From Callorhinchus milii (taxonomy: Eukaryota), in NCBI RefSeq assembly GCF_018977255.1, contig NW_024704770.1, positions 3,162,001-3,226,000 on the forward strand: a stretch of 64,000 nt of DNA, written 5' to 3'. Under the pieces are notes generated by a model. The model saw only the letters and a list, made by a program, of their open reading frames with translations, was not told the origin of the DNA and searched no databases. Shown here one piece after another: positions 56,101-64,000 of this stretch; positions within the stretch are counted from its first letter, which is position 1, and each line of letters opens with the position of its first letter. The translations under genes were made by a program, and so were the position numbers.

Positions 56101-57957
56101 TTATTATTATTATTAATTCTGGTTTGTGTGGCTGCAGGTAAAGCTCCTGGAGACCCGAACGCTGCAGCCTGGGCAGCTTATTACCAACAGTATTACCAGC
56201 AACCGGGACCCCCAGTGCCCGCTCCACAGCCAGGCCCCGCACCAGGACCCCCAGGCCCAGGTAAGACCTGTGTGTGCGCGCGCGTGTGCTCTGAGCGTGG
56301 GCATGTGTGGTGTCTGCTGTGTACCTGGGTGTAGGTGGAGTGCGCTGGTCTGGTACATACACACACACATGGTGCTAACCTACGACTTTGTGTCCATCAA
56401 ACAGCGGAGCCTGCACCACAGCCACAGGCGCCCGGACAGCCTGACTATACTAAAGCCTGGGAGGAGTACTACAAGAAGCTAGGTAGGTGCTCAGTAACTT
56501 CGCAAATATGCATACGGTCTTGTTTTGACCCCCACACACCCCGTGTCTGTCTGTCTCTCTCTCGCTCTCTTCCCAAACTCCCCCTCCCCCCAGCACCTCT
56601 CTCAAGTTCCACTCCCTCCCTGTTCCCCCACCCTCACCTCTGTTTACCCCAGCAGTAAGTAGGATTATTAACCCCCGGTTGTTGGCTGTGTGTGTGTGGG
56701 GGCGGGGGGAACGAGTTGTTCGCTGCCTTAATGGCGCCCTTTTTCCTGCTGGGGCAGAGGAGGGAATCCTCGATGCTCCCGGAGGGAGGGGATGGGGGGG
56801 GGAGGAGGGGGTTGCACAGGGTAACGTCTGATATTAGGTATGGGGGGGGGGGTATTTCCACAAAACCTTCCGCCTGTTCTGACGGCTCCTCTCACGCAGG
56901 TCAACAGAACCCCCCTGGCCAGCAACCGGGACCCCAACAGGACTATACGAAAGCATGGGAGGAGTACTACAAGAAGCAAGGTACGCGGGGTTTGTGTTTA
57001 ACCTGGGTCCAAACCCCTGACTGAACAGCGCTTCGGGGCATCTGTCTGACATGAGAGGTGCTTTGCAGGGGGTGGAGGTGGGGGGCGGTGACCGTAAGCG
57101 CCATCGAAAGAGCAAGGTCTTTAGGCTGGACTTGCAGATCAGGAGGGAGGGAGGGGGCGAGGGAGAGTGGTCCGGAGTTTCGGGGAGCAGCGGCTGAAAG
57201 TGTGGCCGGCGGCGGTGGAGAGAGGCGGTGGGGTGGGGGGGGCGGGGGGGGCGAGCTAGCTAGCGCTCTCCGTGTCCAGACTGTACACTGACATGCGCGC
57301 GTGTGTGTGTCTGTGTCTCGCTCTCGCAGCTCAAAGTGCCCAGGGAGCAGCAGCAGCAGTAGCAGCAGCACCACAGCCAGGAGGAGCCCAGCCCGACTAC
57401 AGCGCGGCCTGGGCTGAATACTACAGACAACAGGCAGCTTACTATGGCCAACCCGCAGGGCCACAGCCCACACCACAGCAGCCACCAGTGCAACTAGGGC
57501 AACCGGTACGTCCACCAATTAAGTGGGCTAACTAGTGGCCTCAACCGAGAGTGAGAGAGAGAGAGAGAGAAATCACTAGAGAGAGTCTCTCGTTGATAAA
57601 TATTTGCTTCTAATGGTTTCCTCTTTCGACCTGACCCTTTCTGTCTGTGTGTGTGTCTCTCTCTCTCTCGCTCTCTTCCTCCCCTTCTACCGGCCGCCTG
57701 CTCTCCCTCCCTCCCTTCCTCCCTCCCTCTCTCTCTCACTCCCTTGCACTTCCTCTCCATCTCTCTCTCTCTCTCTCTTCCTCCACCACTCTCCTCCCTT
57801 TCTCGCTCGCTCTCTCCCCCTCCACCCCCACCCCCCCCCTCTCTCACTTCTACCAACACCCTCCCGCTCTCTCCTCCCTTTTTCTCTCTCTCCCCCCTCC
57901 CTTTCGCGCGCTCTCTCTCTCTATCTTTCGTTCTCTCTTTCTCCCCAGACACAGTGA
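35477..57957 (+). CDS. KHSRP: KH-type splicing regulatory protein (far upstream element-binding protein 2)
   Basis: 21 exons: 35477-35611 ([12 protein letters not shown]), 42685-42790, 47494-47532, 48367-48406, 49875-49924, 50541-50612 (IIGRGGEQ), 51296-51353, 51758-51953 (VIGKGGET), 52334-52432, 52693-52815, 53047-53149 (VIGRSGEM), 53552-53652, 53800-53947, 54561-54721, 55099-55199, 55405-55505, 56138-56260, 56405-56482, 56900-56980, 57330-57505, 57949-57957 (TQ, stop). Four KH GxxG loops and four AW(EE/AE/AA)YY tyrosine-rich motifs. Confidence 0.96.
44305..44940 (-). mobile_element. L2-type LINE 3' fragment
   Basis: Minus strand reads like the L2 ORF2 end ([26 protein letters not shown]), followed by the C-rich L2 3' UTR and a (GTT)n-like tail. 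Shorter L2 tails recur at about 9150-9420, 18290-18560, 46220-46500 and 48530-48770. Confidence 0.7.
44945..45550 (-). mobile_element. Two SINE fragments
   Basis: Head/body at 44945-45190 and body/tail at 45345-45550. Confidence 0.7.
51446..51750 (+). mobile_element. tRNA-derived SINE filling most of a KHSRP intron
   Basis: Head, partial body and tail ending just before the acceptor at 51757. Confidence 0.75.
55790..56115 (+). mobile_element. tRNA-derived SINE
   Basis: Family consensus with (TAT)n tail. Confidence 0.7.
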
Positions 57958-58147
57958 AGCAGATGGGGGAGACGAAATGCAGACTCGGGAGAGATATTCC
58001 TTTTAACAATGATGCAGACTGTCTGATGAGAAGATCAATAGGCTTAGATTTCCCTATCACTGTGTGTAAAAAGATGTTCATATTGAGCCAGCCTAGGAGA
58101 TAAGAGTCAAGCTAAGCTCCATCTTCATCCTCGGGTCTGTCTCTTAT

Positions 58148-58469
58148 AATAAAATCAAATTATTAAAAAGTTGAGGGGGAAACAAAACACCTTTTTTGTT
58201 TTTATTTTAAACCTAGATCACTCAGCTTTTTTTTTTTTAGTTTTAAGGATAGTTTCAACATTCCAGTCGACGTACTGTTTGTTTTTTTTTTCCCCCGAAA
58301 TTGAATCCCAATTCATTTTACACTGAAAACGAAACAAAAATGGCTGCTGGTCTGTTTTTTTGGCATCTTGTTTATCTTTATCTGTTTAAAGGTCTTTTTG
58401 GGGGGGAAAGAAAATAAAATGTAAGCTTGGTTTTTACTTTTTACCGCTCGTTTTACACTTCACAATAAA
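58148..58469 (+). terminator. Cluster of candidate KHSRP polyadenylation signals
   Basis: AATAAA at 58148, 58413 and 58464 in a U-rich 3' UTR; a GT-rich tract follows the last one. Confidence 0.55.
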
Positions 58470-59874
58470 TGATATAAAATAACATAACCGTTGTGTCCCT
58501 GTGCGGGGGTGTGTGTGTGCCTGTGTGGGTGTGTGCCTCTCTGTGTGTGTCCCTGTGCGGGTGTGTGCCTGTGTGTGTGCCTGTGCGGCGGTGTGCCTGT
58601 GTGTGTGACCCACCACTCGGGTTCTGATCCGACTGTTCAGCGCCTCGGGACGTCCTCCTGACGTGAAAGGCGCTTTTGCAAATGCAATGCTGTTTAGTTT
58701 GGGTCAAACATTGTAGCTGTGTGTGTTTCTCAACCCCCCCCCCCCCCCCCCACCCCTACCCCTCTCGCCCTACCTCCCAACCATCTCCGATCTGCTTACC
58801 TCCCACCCCACTGACCACTGCTGCCTCCCCTCGCCTGGCTCTGGCCTCCTGCCTGTCAGCTCACACCCTCCTCCTTTCCATCGTCGGCGGCCGCCCTTTC
58901 ACTCCGAATCTCTGGGGCGCTCTCCTATCCCCCCCTCCCACCTCACCCCCTTCCTTCCCCATCTAAGGGTAATGACTACAGCAGCCGGAGTGTCAAAAAG
59001 GCTGGAGCCAACAACAACAACTTGCATTTGCACAGCGCCCTTCATGTGGAGTAGCGTCCCAGAGCTCTCGACAGTGACCCCGAGCTGAGGGGGGAGGAGG
59101 AGGGGGCGCTGTCCGTGAGCACAGTCAGAAACAAAGGGCTTTGGCGGGGATTTGAAAGGGGTGGGGGGGGGAGTGGAGGGATTGAGGGAGAGAGTTTTGG
59201 AGGCGACAAGAAAGGGAATAAAGGAGCGAGTCTGTTGTCCGTCCACTTTAATAGTCAGAAGGACAAGGAGGACACGGATTACAGTGTGACTGAGCCCCAG
59301 AGCGGTGTGTGGGGCTGTGTGTGTGTGTGTGTGGGGGGGGGGGGGGGTGGTGTTGGGTGGGTAGGGCTGTGTGTGTGTGTATGTGGGGGGTGGGGGGGGG
59401 GGAGGAGATGGATCACCATCTCCGGCTCCGCAAACTGCCGCCAAAGGCAAAAAGGTCGTCACTCCCTGTTAGTCACTCTTTCAACCAGACACGGAGCAGA
59501 CACGACAGTCGTACTAACGGCCTCTTTACAGACAGGTTGTCAGAGAGAGCGAGAGCCGCGGTGAGAGTTTGGCCGTGTTTATCCGCATGGCGTTCCAAAG
59601 TATATCCCTCTGTAAGTGGAGCCGTCTTCGCCTCGTGTGCTGTTTCCCCCCCAACCCACACACACACACTCTCTCCCTCTCACACACACACACACCACAC
59701 TCCCTCACACACCCACTCCCCACACACACATACCCACTCTCCCTCACACACACGTGCACGTTCCTCCTAACACACACACACACCCACTCCTCCCCCCACA
59801 CAGACACACGCATACATTCTCTCTCCCACCCCCACCACCATATACACGCACACGCACACAAATGTCCGCTCCCC

Positions 59875-60414
59875 TCACAGGACTTTGATCATCGCGGCCA
59901 CACTGTTATAGACGCTATCCTCTGTGTCTTCCCCCATCACCTGAGGGGGTGGGGAGAGAGAGAGAAGCAGAGGGTCAGAGGCAGGTGTTGACTCGTGTTG
60001 TACCATCACCCCTGGGGTCCCAACGCACTCATCCCGTTTAAAGCTGCCTCAGATGCTTGTGGGTTGGAGCCCCACATGGGGTGCGGGGGAGGGAGGGGGC
60101 GAGAGAGGGAGGGTCGGGTGGGGGGAGACTTTGAACTCGCAGACCAGGCTGACACTCGGGTGGATCGAGCTCCCCCCTCCCCCCCACCCCCGCCGCCTTC
60201 CTCCCCACTAACCCTCGCTTACCCTCTTCAAGAGACCTTTATTGTCATAATAATCCACCACCCACTTGGCATTTGCCAAGTAATTCCGCACTCGCTTGTT
60301 GATGATGGTCTTGTGGTCGTCAAAGCGCCCGGGGCCCTCTCCCCTCTTGTGCAGTCGGCTCTTCATGGTCTCCGGGGAGCATTCCATCAGGATCACCATC
60401 TCCGGCTCCGCAAA
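59875..60414 (-). CDS. Adenylate kinase, AK1/AK5-type short-LID family, last two coding exons only
   Basis: Exon 60414-60223 (192 nt; FAEPEMVILMECSPETMKSRLHKRGEGPGRFDDHKTIINKRVRNY..YYDNKGLLKR) and exon 59940-59875 (VMGEDTEDSVYNSVAAMIKVL, stop), with canonical splice sites. Resembles AK1 ETMTQRLLKRGETSGRVDD..KKRLETY and has the same exon breaks. Upstream exons (P-loop) not visible. Confidence 0.82.
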
Positions 60415-60554
60415 CTGCCGCCAAAGGCAAAAAGGTCGTCACCCCCCGTTAGTCACACAATCCGCTGCCTTGGGACGTCCTCCTGACCGGACAGGCGCTA
60501 GACAAATATAATTTGTTGTTGTCGTTGTTGCCCGGGATTAACGACCTCCCATGT

Positions 60555-60920
60555 TAATAATAATAATCCTCCCATTTGACCCCCATCATCACGTCGTCGA
60601 GACGTCTCAAAGCGCTTCACGGAATGCACTTCAAAGTGTAGTGACTGTGTATTTCGTGGGCGAAACGCGGCAACCAAACAGTTGCGGATTGAAGTGACCA
60701 CATTATTATTATTTTTTGTTGGTGGGGAAGGGATTATTATTAACCCCAGAAAAGCGATCCGCCAATCGACTAACCAGTGAGTTCCTACTTACTGCCAAGT
60801 AAACAGAGGCGTGTGTGTGGAGTCAGGAAACTCGGCTAAGGTTTTGCCCCGACCCTGGGAATCAAACCCAGGTCCTCTGTCTTGCGAAGCGAGTGCTCTC
60901 ACCACTGAACTATAGGACTC
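60555..60920 (-). mobile_element. tRNA-derived SINE, near full length
   Basis: Family consensus. Confidence 0.8.
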
Positions 60921-60999
60921 TCCATTGAGTGTGGTTGTAAATATCTCCCTCTCGAGTGGAGGCGGTGGGAAGGGGGGTCCTGGAGGCAGGTAAGTACCT

Positions 61000-61024
61000 N
61001 NNNNNNNNNNNNNNNNNNNNNNNN
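61000..61024. other. Assembly gap (25 N)
   Basis: N run between the adenylate kinase-like and IL27RA-like exons. Confidence 0.99.
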
Positions 61025-61395
61025 ATTCTCTCTCACTGTCTCGTCACTCTCTCTCTCTCTCTCCCTCTCATTTTCATTCATTCTCCGTCCCTCTCACTCA
61101 CTCTCTCGCCACCTCTCCCATTCTCTCTCTCTCTCTCTCTCACTCCCCCCCCACTCTTTCTCTCCTATCTCCCTACCTCTCTCTCTCTTTCCCTCTCCCT
61201 GTCACTCTCTCTCCCCCTCTCTATCCTCTCTCACTCACCCTTCCACGTCTCCCACACCTCCCTCTCACTCTCTCCTCCCTATCTTCTCCAGCTGTCTCTC
61301 TATCACTCTCACTCACTCTCTTTCTCCATGTCCGACTCTCTCTCACGCTCTCCCTCTCTCCCCCGCCTGCCCCCTCAACCCCCTTCCCCCCTCAG

Positions 61396-61650
61396 ACACG
61401 ACTGGCTGTGGCTGTGGCCGTTGATGTCCTGCAGACTCCGGGGTTGGAGCTGGAGCCAGTGATCGCTGAGGTGGAGGAGACGGAGCTGGAGGAGATCACG
61501 ACCCCACTGACCCCTGACCCCAGCCCCGAGGGTCTGTACTGGTCAAAGCCCCCGAGCGAGAGCACGGCTCAGCCCGTTATCACGTCAACAGTCACCTACG
61601 GTTACGAGAAGCACTTCCTGCCGAACCCAGAGGATCTAATATACGACTGA
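61396..61650 (+). CDS. IL27RA: Terminal coding exon of an IL-27 receptor alpha (WSX-1)-like class I cytokine receptor
   Basis: A long pyrimidine tract and CAG acceptor precede ..EPVIAEVEETELEE..TYGYEKHFLPNPEDLIYD, stop. This matches the recalled human IL27RA tail (box2-like LPILEVEEME; SGYEKHFLPTPEEL). Only one exon is visible. Confidence 0.72.
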   Translation, partial: TRLAVAVAVDVLQTPGLELEPVIAEVEETELEEITTPLTPDPSPEGLYWSKPPSESTAQPVITSTVTYGYEKHFLPNPEDLIYD

Positions 61651-61669
61651 GCTGTTAAAAGCGTTAATG

Positions 61670-62020
61670 GATCCAGTAGCTCAGCGGGTAGACCCCTCGC
61701 CTCGCAAGCGAAGAGTCCTGGGTTGGATTCCCGGGCGGTTCAGGTCAGGATGAAACATTGGGCAACTTTCCTCACTCCACACACACTCCCCGCGCCTCTG
61801 TTGAGCAGCAGCAAGTAGGAAACCGGTCGTTAGTCGAGTGGCTTTTCCTGGGATAATAATCCCATCAAAAATAATAATAATAATCATAATTCGGTCACTT
61901 CAACCCACGGCTGTTTGTGGGGCCGCCGCTGGGCGCCATTGGCTGCCGCGGTTTCGCCCACAAAATTCACAGTCGATTCACTTGACAGCGAGTCCCGTGA
62001 AGCGCTTTGAGACGTCTCTC
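61670..62020 (+). mobile_element. tRNA-derived SINE just after the IL27RA-like stop codon
   Basis: Family consensus. Confidence 0.78.
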
Positions 62021-62912
62021 CATTCACGTCGTCCTGACTGTCAGGTCAGGGGCTCAAGGGACACGGGGCAAACAGCAGGTCGTTGGAGTTGAAGTACGGA
62101 TCAGCCATAGAATGATGCAACAGGCTGGAGGGGCTGAATGGCCTCTGTTCCTATAAACGAGCGCATTTATCCAGAGGGACTGTCGGCCAGGACACTGGCA
62201 GGAAAGAGAGAGAGAGAGAGGATCGCAGGATCTGTAACGTCCACCTTGAACAGGGCACAGGCGGGAGGGGGAGAGGTGGGGGGGAGGTGGGGTGGGGGGT
62301 GGGGAGAGGTTTAACAGCGCCTCCTGCGAAGCAGCTCCCTGTGCCTCAGCCCCCACCCCCCCCACCCCACCCCCACAGCACAGAACTGACTTGGCATCAG
62401 CCCAGCTGAGGGGCTTGGACCCACCACCCCCTGCTCTCAGTGTGTGAGGTGCTTGGGGAGGGATGGGGAGGACACTGAAAGCACAGCCATAGGAAGGATT
62501 AATAACAATAAGTCTCGCACAAGCGCAGATCTCACACAATCATCTCACCCCGAGCGGAAACCAGCGAGACAGCGAGAGCAGCAACCTGCAGATAAGTTTT
62601 ATTTTTGTGAAAGACTGGTGGAACATTAAACGGCTCGAAAGCCCCCTTTCCTGTTTACCCCGGTCTCTGCGGCTCAGTCTGATGCAGATAAGAAAGCTTA
62701 ACCCCTCGCTGGCCCCGGCCCTGGCTGCCACAGCCTGTGTTAACCCCGACCGGGTTCTCGGCCTCGCGCCCACGTTTTTAACGTCCCGCCGTCTGTCGGC
62801 GCTGAGAGCAGCCTCGGCAGCTCAGCTCACCGTCCCCTCGGGGCTGGGCATCAGCAACCTCCAGGGGACACGCGTGGCCTTGGTGTGTTCTGCGTTGACA
62901 TGTTCAGTGTCA

Positions 62913-63142
62913 TGTCGGCGTGTCCAGGTGTTGGCGTGACGTATGTCCCAGGTGTTGGTGTGACGTGTGTCCCAGGTGTCGGCGCGACGTGTGTCCCAGG
63001 TGTCGGCGTGACGTGTGTCCCAGGTGTTGGCGTGACGTGTGTCCCGGGTGTTGGCGTGACATGTGTCCCGGGTGTCGGCGTGACGTGTGTCCCAGGTGTT
63101 GATGTGACGTGTATCTCAGGTGTCGACGTGTCAGGTGTCGGC
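62913..63142. repeat. 24-bp minisatellite TGTGTCCCAGGTGTCGGCGTGACG
   Basis: About 8 near-perfect units directly after the P2RY11 stop. Confidence 0.92.
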
Positions 63143-63147
63143 GCGGC

Positions 63148-64000
63148 TCACACATGGACCTCTGTGGCCCCGGTGTACGCCGGTGTGTCCTGCTGGCCCC
63201 GGCCCGGGCAGCACAGGGCCTTGGCATGCTCGGGCAGGGCCGCGTACAGCAGGGGGTGGAGGCAGGCATTGAGGGTGACCAGACCCTTGCTGACCTGGTA
63301 GGCCTTGTAGATGCCCCCGGCCGCCTGGTCCAGGCCGTGGAGCCTCCGGTACAGGTTGACATTCCTCAGCACCGTATAGGGCAGGAAGGAGACGCCATAC
63401 AGCGAGAGGACCACGAGCACCAGCGCCAGGACCCGGTGGCGCTCGGCCCGCTCCACGCTGGGGCTGGCCCAGACCGCCCGCACCACCGACAGGTAGCAGC
63501 TCAAGGTCACCAAGAAGGGCAGGGCGCAGCTCCACACGGCCAGAAACAGGCTGTAGTGCAGGTAGCCGGCCAGGCGGGCGTCCACGGCGGTGCCCAGGCA
63601 CTGCAGCTTGCCGTGCCGCTCCTCCAGCTGGGAGTAGGAGAGGGTGGGCCCGGTGATGGCCGCGGTCAGCAGCCAGCCCGCCAGGCTGGCCAGCTTGGCC
63701 CGGCCGGGCCGCACGTGGGCCCGGGCCAGCATGGGCCGCACGATGCCCAGGTAGCGGTTCAGGCTGATGAAGGTGATGAAGAGGATGCTGCCGTACAGGT
63801 TGCAGGTGAAGAGGAAGCGCTCGGCCCGGCAGAGGCTCTGGCCAAACCGCCAGGACTTGCCGCTGGCGTAGTAGGCGATTAGCAGGGGCAGCGAGGCGGC
63901 GTACAGCAGGTCGCTCAGGGCCAGGCTGAAGGCCAGCACCGTGCCCGAGTGCCAGGGCCGGGCCACCCGGCACACGAACAGCCAGACGGCCAGACTGTTG
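63148..64000 (-). CDS. P2RY11: P2Y purinoceptor 11 (class A GPCR), 5' end beyond the right edge
   Basis: Uninterrupted ORF with RPWH, LALSDLLY, ERFLFTCNL, ISLNRYLGIV (NRY in place of DRY), CLGTA, YQV and HPLLY, all characteristic of P2Y11. Confidence 0.9.
   Translation of the reverse strand, partial: NSLAVWLFVCRVARPWHSGTVLAFSLALSDLLYAASLPLLIAYYASGKSWRFGQSLCRAERFLFTCNLYGSILFITFISLNRYLGIVRPMLARAHVRPGRAKLASLAGWLLTAAITGPTLSYSQLEERHGKLQCLGTAVDARLAGYLHYSLFLAVWSCALPFLVTLSCYLSVVRAVWASPSVERAERHRVLALVLVVLSLYGVSFLPYTVLRNVNLYRRLHGLDQAAGGIYKAYQVSKGLVTLNACLHPLLYAALPEHAKALCCPGRGQQDTPAYTGATEVHV

Noticed and set aside
59526-59640. Extra coding exon downstream of the adenylate kinase stop
   Set aside because: Purine-rich weak acceptor and no recognisable protein similarity in any frame
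60930-60995. Plus-strand donor CAG|GTAAGT as the penultimate IL27RA exon
   Set aside because: No box1 (PDP-like) motif or clear acceptor in the preceding sequence
62913-63142. CRISPR-like array
   Set aside because: Head-to-tail repeats without unique spacers, in a vertebrate context
63109-63882. 257-aa plus-strand ORF
   Set aside because: Antisense shadow of the GC-rich P2RY11 coding sequence

Overview
Vertebrate genomic DNA, most likely from a cartilaginous fish (inferred from the tRNA-headed SINE, CR1 and L2 repeat landscape and the divergence of the proteins). It is a gene-dense segment homologous to human 19p13. From left to right: TYK2 (-, 14 coding exons from the FERM domain through most of the pseudokinase, running off the left edge) with a CpG-rich promoter near 15.4 kb; CDC37 (-, exons 2-8, canonical exon 1 not found); the Ca2+-binding mitochondrial ATP-Mg/Pi carrier SLC25A23 (+, 10 exons, apparent GC-AG first intron); KHSRP/FUBP2 (+, 21 exons) behind a periodic CCAAT/TALE promoter array; the last two exons of an AK1/AK5-type adenylate kinase (-); after a 25-N gap, the last exon of an IL27RA-like cytokine receptor (+); and P2RY11 (-, running off the right edge). 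Exon boundaries were read by hand from splice sites and frame continuity, and gene names come from recalled similarity to human proteins, not database searches. The most interesting points are a possible adenylate kinase ohnolog absent from human 19p13, the IL27RA-like tail, the missing CDC37 exon 1 beside a putative local inversion, and the phased NF-Y/PBX-PREP array. I found no convincing wholly new biological system.
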